DNA of 64,000 nt from Octopus vulgaris (lineage: Eukaryota): assembly GCA_951406725.2 (NCBI GenBank), contig OX597838.1:28086001-28150000 (forward strand), written 5' to 3'. The notes beneath the pieces are model-generated. The model worked only from the letters and a program-made list of their open reading frames with translations, was not told the DNA's origin and searched no databases. Position numbers and translations under genes: made by a program. Each line of letters begins with the position of its first letter. The first letter of the stretch is position 1. Shown here piece after piece: positions 11,226 through 24,837 of the stretch.

Positions 11226-14200
11226 GGCCTTGATGATGGTCACATTTTAAAATTATAGCACGAGTTGACTGTGGCCATTTGCCAGCCCCGTCTGGCACCT
11301 AAAAAGCACCCACTACACTCACAAAGTGGTTGGCGTTAGGAAGGGCATCCAGCCGTAGAAACATTGCCAGATCAGACTGGGCCTGGTGCAGCCTTCTGGC
11401 TTCCCAGACCCCAGTTGAACCGTCCAACCCATGCTAGCATGGAAAGCAGATGCTACACGATGATGATGATGATTACATCTGTTTTAAGGCAGTGAGTTGG
11501 CAGGTTCGTTAGCATGCTGGGCAAAATGCTTAGCAGTATATCGCCCGTCTTTATGTTCTGAGTTCAAATTCCGCTGAGGTTGACTTTGCCTTTTGCCTTT
11601 TCGGAGTTGAGGAAATAAGTACCAGTTATACATTGGGATTGATGTAATGAACTGGGCCCCTCCCCACCAAATTTCAGGCCTTGTTTCTATAACAGAAAGG
11701 ATTATTATATCTGTGTGTAGTGGCATTTCATCCATCTCTGCATTCTGAGTTCATTGCCAGATCAGACTGACCTGGTGCAGCCTTCTGGCTTCCCAGACCC
11801 CAGTTGAACTGTCCAACCCATGCTAGCATGGAAAGCGGACGCTAAATGATGATGATGATGATGATGATTGTTGCTTTCTCCTGTCAAAGAACTCTTGTTA
11901 GAGTGTGCAATAAAAGTTGAATCGATTTCTTTTCTTTCTTTTTTTTAAAATCTGGTTTGATGACAAGAATGTGGTTGATTAGGAAAGTTCCAAATACTGG
12001 CATGAGTTTCGAATCGGAGATCTGAAGCGAATCCTAGCTGGTTTAACTACAATCTGCCCCTGTGGATTTAATAGCAGGTTTGGTTTGAAATTCCAAGAGC
12101 ATTACTAATTACAATATAAGTGCTTGAAGAAGGCCCCCAGGCCATGATGATATCATTATAAGGGCCAAGATGTGGACGCTGGTTTGATAGCATGAGTGTA
12201 TAAACTTTTATCAGTATGTTTAAATTTCTCTTTCTCACTCACACATGCAGACTGACTGACAAATATGCATTCACACATATACACTTTCTCTCTCTCATAG
12301 ATATAATATATATATGTGTGTGTGTGTTAATGAGAAAGTGCATGTGAGTGTGTGAGAAAGCATGTGTGCGCGTGCATGTGTCAGAAAGTCTGCATGTGTT
12401 AGAGAGTGTGCATGTGTGAGAGAGAGAAATTTGTGTGTGTGTGAAAGAGAGAGACCTGGAAACTTTGAGTACAAAAACTTTTCTTTTAGTGAAAATTTAG
12501 TTCAACTCTTTATTATCAGTTATTACTGTTCTGTTGTGAGAACTCCGCACTCAGCAGGGATAGCAATAAATTAACTCAATCAAGCAATAGATAATGTCGT
12601 TAGAAGTGGGTGGAGCAAAGAAAGAAATCACCACCCTACTCTCCTCCCCCACCTCTTCCTTCCTAAATGCCAGATTACAAGATACTGGGGTTCAAATCAT
12701 AACCAACCTTATCTTTGTCTTTTTCTCTATAAAATATCTCAGCTAAAGCAAGTATGGTACCCTGCTGTCACCATCTTATCAGTTTGTTCAGCAGAACTCC
12801 TTCTAGCAGAAGAGGGCAGTGGACCGGCAGAGAATCAGAAGAAATGCCTTGTGTTATTTGTTCTGGGTCTTTCTGAATTCAAATCCTGCTTTGGGGTTGA
12901 GAAAATATAGTACCACCCAAGGGCGAAAAAAAAAACTGGCTGTTATTTCTAGCAGGTTGAGTGACAATGTAGGTGTTCTCTCATTAAGTCATCCTGTGTA
13001 TGTTGTTCCTTAACCCTTTCACTTCCAGATTTCTTGGTCAAATGTAGTGCTAAGTTCATATTGTTTTGAATTGATTATGCGTTACCTCATAACTTTGAGA
13101 TTTTGAGGATGTGGTTGGTTATTTTTAGAAAGGCAATGTAGGACAGGTGTGAGAAGCCAGGTCTGAACATAAAACCAGTAGAATATTTGGGCTGGATGAG
13201 CTTCATGGAGGTGAGGTGGCTGAGTTCCTTTCGAGCGTTGGGCTTAATGGAGGCAAAGTGACCGAGTTCCTTTCAAGTGTTGGGCCTCACAGAAGCAATG
13301 ACCAAGACCTTTGGCATTATATTGTGCTTGAGAAGACCCATTCAGCCAAGCAAAATGCATTTTGAGTTGTTCATATAAGTTGTTCACTGCACCACCCGAG
13401 GTGCCTCTGTGTCTTTTGTGGGTAGTAATGAGCAGATTGTATACAGTGCTTAGGTGCACTACAACTCATGAGAAAAAGTAGCCAAAAGTGCATGCACCGT
13501 ATATAGAATAATGCACAGGAAGGGGACAGTGAGGAGTCATCTAACCCAAATTCCCCCCAGATCCCATATGCAACTTTGGGCTTTTTGTTACATCAGTATG
13601 CACTACTGAAGTTGGGGATGTATCTAATGTGCCTGTATGACTTTTATGCCGTCAAACACGTTATTAAAGCTGACAGAAGCAGTATTAATGTCAAGAGGTA
13701 CTCTTTATCCCCGCTTAAAAGTGGATGCTGAGAGGTCCTCTCATGGTAAATAATTCAATATTGTGTGTTCTAACACAGCATTCACTTTTAAATGGATGTT
13801 ATGTTTAAATACTGCTTCTGTTGCTATTATTTTTTAATAACCCCACTGGCTGTTTGTGACACCAGTGCCTGGACAGACACTAGTATATATATATATATAT
13901 ACATACATACATATCACTGGCCAGCCTCGCCTGGCACATAAAAGGCACCCACTACACTCACGGAGTGGTTGGCGTTAGGAAGGGCATCCAGCTGTAGAAA
14001 CACTGCCAGATCAGTCTGGAGCCAGGTGCAGCCTTCTGGCTCCTCAGATCCCGGTCGAACCATCCAACCCATGCTAGCATGGAAAATGGACGTTAAATGA
14101 CGACGACGATGATGATGATGATGATCACTGCTGTCTCTAACCATGGGCATCTACCATTAACAAGGCCAAAAAAGGCCGAAATCATGTTATCTGGTAGTTC

Positions 14201-16570
14201 CGGTGGCAGTAGTGGGTGATTATCTCTCGCTAGTATTACGAGCATGAGTGCTTATATGCACCACAAGTCTATATGAGAGGTTCTCTTATGATAACTATTG
14301 CAGTATTCTGTGTCCTAACACAACATCCACTTTTAAGTAGGGATAAACACTACCTTTTGGTATTGAGTACTGTAATATCAGCAAATTCTTTTACTGGGAA
14401 TGTGTGTTGTAATGTAGTGTGTAGAGGTTGTGTTGTAGCAGTGAAAGTGTCTTAACAAGGCTTATTGTTGGGACAGTGTAAAAATGTGAGACCCGATATG
14501 TTTCTATTTATTTCTATAGTTTTATTCTTGCTCTTTTTACACCATACATAAGTACAGTACTCTTTATCATTATTTCAGTTGTTATTATCATTGCTGATTT
14601 CCATTCCAAGAACCTTACCTTTTATTTATTTATTTATCTATCACTTCAGTTGATGTTTTTGGTCAGAGGATATCAAAATATCTATTTGAACACACAGTTT
14701 CCCTTTCTGTGATTAAGATATCCCAGTAGCTCATAGCAGAGATAAGAGCAACTTTCTCTTTTTCTTTTGGTGAAAGGCTAGTTTTTATTATTTCCTCTCT
14801 ATCTAGAAGTATTAAATGGTTTTTTTCCATTTTGATGTGGAATGGTTGATATACTTGTCTTAGAGTATTGGTTCTACTTTGGTTATTGGTTATCTATAGT
14901 GTCTCCAATATCTAGGAATTTAGAACTCTGTTGAAGACTTTATAGTAGCTAATCTTACCTTTTGTTTTTTTTTTGTGTTAAAACCAAGTATTTACTTCAA
15001 GTACTTCAAGTAGAAATTGAAGCTTTGTCGTCAATTCTAGAAATCTTCTATTTGCTGGAAGTTTTGATTCTGCTGGGAAATGTCCTGCTATTTATACTGA
15101 TTCATCGTTACGTTATCTTATTTCTTTCCTTTCTCTCTTTTCTCATGTAATTTGCATTTTTAGTATTCATCATCACCATCATCAACAATTAACATCCGTT
15201 GTCCATACTGGCATGGGTCGGACGGTTTGATTACGGCTGGCAAGCTGGAAGACTGCACCAGACTCCAGTCTGTTTTGGCATGGTATCTACAGCTGGATGC
15301 TCTTCTTAATGCCAATCACTCCAAGAATGTAATGGGTGCTTTTACATACCACTGGCATGGGTGCCATTTGGGTGACACCGGTATCCTCCACGACTGTGGT
15401 TTTACTTGGCTTAATGGGTCTTCTTCTCAAGCATGTTATTGTTGTTATTGTTAAGGTGGTGAGCTGGCAGCACTATTAGCATGCTGGACAAAATGCTTTG
15501 TGGCATGTTGTCTGTCTTTACATTTTGAGTTCAAATTACACTGAGGTCAGCTTTGCCTTTCATCCATCTGGGGTCAGTGAAATAAGTACCAGTTAAGCAC
15601 TGAGGTCAATATAATTGACTTCACCCACCCCTCAAAATTGCTGGCCTTGTGTCTATCATAGAAAGAATTATTTCCCACATTGCATTGCCCTGCACCATCC
15701 CCAGTTTTGTGAACCCTTAGTAGTTTACAGATATGGCTTCAAGTCCCATGGGCAGCTTCCCACTTACTGTCTAAACTGTTTCTAAGAGAGAATAACAAGC
15801 TACATAATGCAAAATTTTTACTTTTCAAAAATTCCAAATCTAAAGGGTCGAAACAAACCCGAGCAACGCTGGGCGATACTGCTAGTTAACAGATATTAGT
15901 ATAGCTAGGAGTATTGGGCAAGCATATTCAAAGACCCTAGCCTTTTCTGATACAGTTAGGTTTTTAATAATATGATAAAAAAAAAGTGGGAACCCAGCAC
16001 ATTGCTCTTAAGAATCTAGTCATTTCTATTTTTAGATCTAAATAGAAGCGCATTCTTTCCTATGAAATGGAGATGGCACTAAACCTCAGTCATGTTTTTA
16101 ATGACTAATTCTACCTAGAGTTGTTTGAATTTGTATGATGCACTCTAAATATATGTGTGTCTGTGTGTGTTAACTCACCTAAGCTGCCTTGCTCTACTGA
16201 GCAAAAAAGGAAAAAAAAAAAAGTTGGCATTATATCTCCTTCATGGTTGAGTGTTTAGCCAAAGGATGGGCAATTAGTTTAGGGTCCGTGACATCCCTCG
16301 ACCCTTGCAGGTATGGCTGCAGGTATCATTAGGAAGTAGATGTCACGACCATATCGTTGTGAGTTCAATCCCACAGTGTGGTACCTTCAGCAAGGTGTAT
16401 TCTGCCATAGCCTTAGTTGACCAATATCTTGTGAGTGGAATTTGGTAGATGGAAATTCTATGGAAGCTAGTTATGTATGAATGCATCTAGAAGAGTGAAT
16501 ATATGTGATCAAACTCAACACCCCATTTATTATTGGAAAGAATCACCACTGACCCTCATATATATATATA

Positions 16571-16876
16571 TCACATGATCACGTGACCGACCAGACCATC
16601 AGATGTTGTTACACATCGCTGGTCACAATGCATTTGCATTGTTTTAGCCTTTGAATGACGCCACCCTGCTGGCTAAGCGAGCAGGCCAACAGAAGAAAGA
16701 GTGGGAGAAAGAGTGGTGAAAGAGTACAGCAGGGATCACCACCACCCCCTGCCGGAGCCTCGTGGAGCTTTTAGGTGTTTTCGCTCAATAAACACTCACA
16801 ACGCCTGGTCTGGGAATCGAAACCGCGATCCTACAACTGCGAGTCCGCTGCCCTAACCACTGGGCCATTACGCCTC

Positions 16877-16878
<2 letters not shown>
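16571..16878 (-). mobile_element. tRNA-derived SINE family F, inserted in (TA)n
   Basis: Head ggaggcgtaatggcccagtggttagggcagcggactcg..gtttcgattccc and tail tcacgtgatca. Confidence 0.8.
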
Positions 16879-16959
<81 letters not shown>

Positions 16960-17129
16960 TCATCATCGTTTAACGTCCATTTTCCATGCCAGCATGGGTT
17001 GGACGGTTCGACCGGGGTCTGGGAAGCCAGAAGGCTGCACCAGGCTCCAGTCTGATCTAGCAGTGTTTCTACAGCTGGATGCCCTTCCTAACGCCAACCA
17101 CTCCATGAGTGTTTATATATATATATATT

Positions 17130-17952
17130 GTGTGTGTGTGTCTTTCCATCTCTGTTTGTCCTCCACAGCTGCTTGACAACTGGTGTTGGTGAGTTTATGT
17201 CCCTGTAACTTAGCAGTTCAGCAAAAGATACCGATAGAATAAATATCAGGCTTTGAAAAAAAAAAAAAGTACTGGGGTCAATTTGTTCGACTAAAATTCT
17301 TCAAGGCAGTGCCCCAGCATGGTCGCAATCTAATGACTGAAACAAAAGATAAAATAAAATTTTCAAAATAAATTTTAAAAAGGTCAGTACTTGGAATTTG
17401 CACACTGTGTGTGTGTGTGTGTATGTGTGTGTGTGTGTGTATGTGATGGGCTTCTTTTAGCTTCTTTTAGTTTCTGTGTACTAAATCCATTCACATGGGT
17501 TTGGTCAGCCCAGTATTATAGAAAATAGAAAACAATTATCCAAGGTGCCATGCAGTGGAACTGAACCTAAAACCATGTGGTTGGGGACGTAAATATACCA
17601 GCATCGGTTGTCAAGTGATGTTGGGGGGACAAACACAGACACACAAACATATACACACACATACATATGTATATGTACATATATACGACGGGCTTCTTTC
17701 AGTTTCCGTCTACCAAATCCACTCACAATGCTTTGGTCGGCCCGAGGCTATAGTAGAAGACACTTGCCCAAGGTGCCACGCAGTGGGACTGAACCTGGAA
17801 TCATGTGGTTGGTAAGCAAGCTACTTACCACACAGCCACTCCTACGCCTATAATGAAAAAAAAAACTTGCCCAAGAATCCAAGTAATGGGACTGAAAACC
17901 CAGAACCATGTGGTTCGGAAGCAAACTTCTTGCTACACAGCCACACCTGCAT
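17130..17952. mobile_element. Cluster of partial SINE-A copies on both strands
   Basis: 3' half on + at 17130-17355; minus-strand pieces at 17445-17585, 17582-17850 and 17866-17952. Confidence 0.75.
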
Positions 17953-18250
17953 GTGCATGTGTGTGTGTGTGTACTGAAATTAGTTTCAAATCGGAAATTC
18001 TATTTTTAGCACTTTTGGTAATGTTACTATTATTAGCCATTATTTACTTACTTATTTGTTTTAATTAAACTTTTTGATTGGCTTTTGGAAAACCCAGTGA
18101 TTCAGAACTGTTGATCATTGTTTATTATTTATTATTATTATTATTTTTTTCTTTCATTTTCCTCTTTTTGTTTATATTACCTGAACTGCAATGCACGGTT
18201 AATTTTCTGTCATACAACTCTGTCTGTCTGTCTGTCTGTCACTCTCTCTG

Positions 18251-18282
<32 letters not shown>

Positions 18283-18957
18283 AAGTCAGCTTGTGTGTCC
18301 GTCCCCCTTTCCCGCCACCATCTCCTGCTGTTTTTTTTTTTTTTGTTTTGCCTTAAGCACAATGGTCCCTACAAAGTTTTTTATTGTTGTTGTTGTTGTT
18401 GTCACTGCTGTTTTTGCTTATGGAGTCCCTAAAACAAAACAAAACAAAAACAAAAGAGCCCTCCAAATACCCTTCCTCTCCTTGCATTACAGCCAACCTG
18501 TAGCTTTCATGGCTCACCTCTTCTAATGATCTCACCATCATCTTTGAAATTACTCATTGCTCTCCTCCTCCTCCCCTTCATTCTCCTTCTCCTCCTTTAT
18601 CTTCTTGCTTTCTTTTCTTTTTCATACACCATGTGTGTTATCTGTCAAAAATGAATTTGTGGTTTTTGCTATTAGCTACTGATGCTGTCTATGTCTATAA
18701 CAACTTGGAATATTCAGTAAAGGCATCTTCTGTCCGCTTCTCATCCTTCCATCATGCTCATCTTATCCTTTTAAACCTCCTTTGTCTGTCTGCCTGTCTC
18801 TTTCTCTCCCTCTCTCTCTCCTTTCATTCACTCTCTCTTTCCCTTCCCTTTATTACATATGCTCCTCGTATATATCTCTAATATATCCCCTTATACATAC
18901 ATAAACACACACACATGTATATACATGTACATAAGAATATATACATACATACAGAAA

Positions 18958-18989
<32 letters not shown>

Positions 18990-19248
18990 ATTACATAAAC
19001 ATTTATACATACAGAAACATATATATATACATATACACATATATACACTTATATAAATATATACACACACATACACATGTAAATACATGTATATATAATT
19101 TCATTCTATGTTCTCTCTCTGTCTCGCTCTCCCATCTTCAACCACCCTCATCACCCTTCCTCATAATCCATTCAGAAATGAGTTTCCACGGAGGCAGTCC
19201 CCCCCCCCCCCCGCCAACCCTGGTTATAGCTTATATCAAATAAAACCC

Positions 19249-19446
19249 TCAGTTATTCCCCCTCCCGCCCAGTTACTCACTGCTACCTCACCTCTCTAAC
19301 CTAGACCCTTATTTTCTTGTGGTTTGTCAAACCATCAACACCTGTCTGTTGACATTCTTGTGCAGCTCATATCAACTCCTCACATCTCTGTTCCACAACC
19401 TCATAAAATTATTCTTGGTAGACAATGAAAATTTGTAACAAACAGG
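19249..19446 (+). other. Candidate alternative first exon (Inr-like TCAGTT to strong donor)
   Basis: TCAGTT at 19249-19254, first ATG at 19425 (MKICNKQ), donor cagg|gtgagt at 19447. A possible acceptor tgcag| at 19365 would instead give an 81-nt internal exon. Confidence 0.35.
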
Positions 19447-21721
19447 GTGAGTTCAATTCCAGTTAGAAGCTGGTTTTTTTCCCAAACATTTTTGTTTTAG
19501 TTTTTTCTTTTGTTCCTTTCATTTTTTTTCCCTTTATTTATTTTCCCTGTCCCTTTGATCCAAACTTGTTGCTTTTGTTGTTAGGTTTTGGCTACTGAGC
19601 CTGTTTCATAAAGTTTCACATCATCTTTGAAGTGAATTTCATTAATACTGACCTCACTCACTGAATCAGTTACAAGCATTATTAGTGTTGCTGTTGCCAT
19701 AACAACCATTGATATTGCCATTTTAAACCATTGCTGTCACCACTGTCATCATCATCATCATCATCATTATTGGTGAGCTGGCAGAATCGTTAGCATGCTG
19801 GGCAAAATGCTTAGAGGTATTTCGTCTGTTGCTATGTTCTAAGTTCAAATTCAGGTGAGGTTGATTTTGCCTTTTATCCTTTTGGGGTCGATAAATTAAG
19901 TACCAGTTACGCACTGGGGTTGATGTCACTGCCATCATTATAAACCATTCACTGTAATAATCATTGTCTCCAGGGCAGTCATCACAATTATCACCACAGC
20001 TATGGGTATCATCATCCTCATCATCATATTAACTGCATCCGTTCACCATTATTGTTACTAGGCAACAGTAGCTATTCCTTCATTAATACTTTAGCATTTA
20101 AATCAACTATATCCAGCCCAAATATCCTACTTGTTTTACATTCAAACTGGCCAGATCTGGCCTCTCACACCCACCATACAATATCATTCTAAAAATAAAC
20201 AATCAAATCGAAATCTTGATGCTATGAGACAAGTCATGATCAATTCAAAACAATATGGATAAATTAGCATTACATTTGGCAGAGTAAACTGAATGCTAAA
20301 TGGTCAAACCACTGAAAGAGTAGCTTCTTCTATGGATGCAGGTCACATGTTCAGTGGCCAGAAAACCATGACCACTCCAAAGAGGTTAATCAAATTGATG
20401 TTTTCTTCACTTAAAACTCACCAGAGATATGTCTTTATTTTTTCTCTAATTGAGTAACCCTTTCCCTCTATATCTACTTTTCTTTAGAGGTGGTGATTAT
20501 GTTGGTACCGGATATGTTATGGCTTGATATTTTGATAAAATTTAAGTCCCACCTTTTTGACTCTTCTGATACCAACCCACTTTGAACTGCCCTTGGTTCT
20601 ATGATAAAAAGATTCCTGTTTGAATGCAGTCTAAATTAAAATCTTCCATCAAAATTTCATGTTAACCTTTTTGATACTAACCCGGCTGAAACCACCTCTG
20701 GCTTTGAAGTACTAATGTCTTGTTTCCATAAGTTTCGAATTAAAATCTTCCACCAAACCTTAGTCATGATTTATGTTTCTAACACTAGCTGAATGATAAG
20801 TCATTTTACTAAATTCTTTGTTATATTTAAAATTAATTGAAAGAAACGCAGAGCATCTCAAAATAAATATGGTAGCAAAATGGTTAAAGCATTAATCCTT
20901 TTGATACCAGCCCGGCTGAAACTAGCTCTGGCTCTGTAGAACAAATGTCTTATTTTCAAAAGTTCTGAATTAAAATCTTCCACCAAACTAATTTATGTTC
21001 ATTACACTAGCTTAATTATAATTAAATTATTTTATTGAATTCTTTGTTATATTCAAAATTAATTGAAAGAAACACAGAACAAATCAAAATAAATACAGTA
21101 ATGAAAGGGGTTAAAGCTCTAAACACCAGCTTAAAGCTATGTGAATTATAACTGTCCATCAGAATTCCTTGTTAATTTAAATTCTGTAGACCAGCTTTCT
21201 AATGATAGTTATTTTATTAAATTCTTCAATATTCTCAAATTAATTGAAATAAAGGCAGTGTATTTCAACAGAAATATGGTTACAAAAGAAGTCGATGTTG
21301 GTATTTTGTTGTGTATTTGAACTGAACAAGTGATGGATACAAACTCACCTGGTAGGCTTTCCTCAGGTTGGCTTGCCTCTCTACAAGAAGTGATTTTCCT
21401 CTATAATTCATCTGATGTCAAAATAATAAATAAAACAAAGCTAAGAGCTAAGGATTGTTCCTTAGAAAGGGTTAAAGGATTAAAAATTTTTTTTATCTGT
21501 TGTTTAGACTCAGCTCAGCCTTGATGAAGCTCTTATCAAAGGTTTTCCAGCTGTGCCCTTTTTTTTCGTTTTTGCCTTTGTTTCAGACAAGGTGCATCAA
21601 TGACTACATTCTCTCATTTGTTCTTTCTCTTTTAAGGTGATACTTTAGAATTTTAGTGAGATTTGGTTGCTGTTTCCAGCATGTCTAGTAACTGCCTTAT
21701 AGGCTCTTGTGGTTTTTGTGA

Positions 21722-21775
<54 letters not shown>

Positions 21776-22260
21776 CATCATTATCATTGTTTAATGTCTG
21801 CCTTCCATGCTGGTATGGGCTGGACGCTTTGACAAGACATCTGTTTCTCTTTTGGCATGGTTTTTACGTTTGGGTGCCCTTCTTCACACCAACCACTCAA
21901 GAGAGTGGACAGTGCTTCTTATGTGGCACAAGCACAGGCGAGCTCAGTTTTAGCATGGTCTTTACAGCTGGATGCCCTTCCAAACGCACACCAACAACTT
22001 TACAGATGATGATATATATATCTATATATAAATAAATACTTGACTTATGAACTATACAGTATGCACGTACATAGATATTTACTCAAACATACACATGCAC
22101 AAAAAATATGAATATTTTATATAAACATCCATTCAGGGGTGGATGTTGTGATCTCAATCACGTACATACCATAGAAACCAGATAACCAGCCTTGAAAGTT
22201 CCAGGACTTGGGACAGTAATAATAATAATAATAATAATAATAATAGTAATAAAAAAAAAA

Positions 22261-22795
22261 GAGTGGCTATGTGGTAAGAAACTTGTTTTCCAACCATTTG
22301 GTTCTGGGTTCAGTCCCACTGCATGGCACCTTAGGCAAATGTCTTCTATTATAGCCACGGGCCAACGAAAGCCTTGTGAGTGGATTTTGTAGACAAAAAC
22401 TGAAAAAGACCATTGTGCATGTATGTATATGCACGCACGTGTATATATATATATATATAAATATAGCTGCACCCATGTTACACGAGAAAAACCATTGCCA
22501 AAAAGACTTACTGAAATAATTCATTATTGATGCTATGTGATGCCTTTATATGACTTTTAAGCCCTACCAAAGTTTTACACCCCCACACACACACACATTT
22601 GTGTTTGTCACCCCCACTATCGCTTGACAACTGATGTTGGTCTGTTTACATTCCTATAACTTAGTGGTTTGGCAAAAGAGACTAATACAATAAGTACTAG
22701 GCTTACAAAGAATAAGTCCTGGGGTTGATTTGTTCGACTAAAGGTGGCACTCCAGCATGGCCACCGCCAAACGACAAACAAGTAAAAGAATAAAA
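22261..22795 (+). mobile_element. SINE family A, split in two halves
   Basis: Head at 22261-22420 and tail at 22598-22795. Confidence 0.75.
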
Positions 22796-23384
22796 AAGAA
22801 TAACCGAATAAAAACTGTATAATTGGAGGTTGATTTAGCTGTTGTTTCTAGCAGGTGGAGCATCTATGTAGAGACCGTGATTGGTTCGTAAGTACCCCTA
22901 GGTACACACTGCTGGTATCCCACCACCACTGACCCCTACAGCTGCTCTCATGTTTTAGATGCTACTAACTGCTGCAATTTCACTATAAAGTTAATTGACT
23001 ATTAAAGACATCCCCGCCCCACTTTTCCTTGCCCTTCCAGTACCTGATACCTGCATTCCCCCCCCCTCTCTCAGGTGTCTCTATGTTTCTCTGTCTCTCT
23101 CCCCTCCTTGCACTTGGTCTCATGTCAAAACAATTTAACTGTTAAATTTTTGCGGTTTCCCGTTTTTGTTGTTGTTGGTTTTTTTATTCCCCCAACACTG
23201 TTATTATATAATTAAAAAAAAAAATGTTATATTGCCGTTGTTGGTTAAGAGAGACCAGCCTGAACTGTAATTAAAGTAACTGGCTGAATTCATAAGGTGT
23301 TTTACTTTAATTTAATAACAGTTTCAGGCTAATATTTCCTTTTAATACCGACTTTATGATAGTGTATAGTTAAAGAACACCTAC

Positions 23385-23700
23385 CACCACCGCCACTGAC
23401 AAAAACACCACTAATGCCATCGCCATCAACACCACCACTAACATCACCAAAAACACCACTAGTGCCATCAACACCACCACCACCACGAAAAATACCAACA
23501 CTAATGACACCAACACCACTACTAACGACACCAACACCACCACTAACGACACCAACACCACCACTAACGACACCAACACCACCACTAACGACACCAACAC
23601 CAACACCACCACTAACGACACCAACACCACCACTAACGACACCAACACCACCACTAACGACACCAACACCACCACTACTAACGACACCAGTGCTTACCAC
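23385..23700. repeat. 21-bp minisatellite (ccaccactaacgacaccaaca)n
   Basis: About 8 near-perfect units at 23500-23690 with degenerate flanks. Confidence 0.9.
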
Positions 23701-24140
23701 CACCATGTTAAAGATGTGTTTTCACCAGAAGAGCCAACAGTGAGGCTCATCATTTGGGAATAACTCTGAGGCTGTTGGTGAGTACCATTCATGTTTGGGA
23801 TGGCATGCTGTAGTATTTGCTTGATATTAGTGCAGGACTCTCGGGCTTTTTAGGAGGATATTGAAGAGTTATGGGCCCTCGAAAACCAAGGGCTTCGTTC
23901 AGATCCCACCTAAGTCCACTCACAAGATTTTGGTTGAAGAACAAAATTGTAGAGTCCCATTGTAGAGCCCACGGTGCTCTACAATAGGACTGAATCCAAG
24001 ATCTTATGGCTGGGGGTCAAGCTCTTAACTATATAGCCATGTCTGTGTCTGGTTTTTGGTATTGTGATTGTTTGCTCTCAAGTTACACCTGATTAGGCAG
24101 ATCAGTGACTCTCCATCTATGGCCATTCATAATATTATTA

Positions 24141-24612
24141 TTGAGTGAGAGAGCAGTGCATGCCATCAAAGTGACACTGGGGTAAAATATACGAAGCCCA
24201 GTATATCCATCATGACTACCTGTCTGATAAGGGTACACTAGGCACATGCATCACAACCATGTGTGCATGACATGGTGATTTCATATCGAGATAAACAGCG
24301 CATGACCTTGGGCTACTTGACCAGATGAAAATTTCATCTGGTCAAGTAGCCCATCTCGCTCAAAAGGTCCCGGAATAAGGGTTGTTTAACGATATTGAAC
24401 AGAACACCCATGTTTCCAGAGTTGAATTATTCAGACCCAAAGAATCCCTCTCAACACATGGCTATGATGCTCCCCCACTACTTCTGCTCATGGTCAACTG
24501 GTTAAGATCAAGCATCTGACAAGCAAATCTGTGGTTTTGAGCAGAATATTTGCTATAGCCCATCTTTTATACCAAGACAAAACAATGTATGTGATAACAC
24601 TTCCAATCAGTT
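24141..24612 (+). mobile_element. Unclassified dispersed repeat H (second copy 27600-28141 -, with an (att)n tail)
   Basis: ~450 bp of high similarity between the two copies in opposite orientation. Confidence 0.7.
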
Positions 24613-24837
24613 TGTGCTCTCTGAGTGCTCTTGTTATTATTATTATTAATTTGCCAGGCTTAGTGTGGTCCTAATTTTGAAACACTAAAACAATAGAGCA
24701 TGATTTAAGAGATTTGGCTACTGTTACCAGCAAGTGGAGTACTTTCATTGGTTCCTATTTTTGTCAGTGTTTCAATGAGTGTGGTAGTAGCATGAGGGGT
24801 CGGGGTGGACTCTAACAGTGGGGTGTGAGTTGATAAA

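Noticed and set aside
11988-12077. Protein-like frame SKYWHEFRIGDLKRILAGLTTICPCGFNS with ag|gt ends (90 nt, phase 2-2)
   Set aside because: No polypyrimidine tract at the acceptor, a weak donor and no resemblance to Mondo; only RNA-seq could rescue it.
14640-15100. Possible decayed retroelement ORF on the minus strand (also 1-370 and 63252-63358)
   Set aside because: Composition is suggestive, but frames are broken and no motif could be confirmed without a tblastx search.
23329-23743. Mucin-like PT-rich ORF
   Set aside because: Produced by a 21-bp minisatellite inside an intron; open on both strands.
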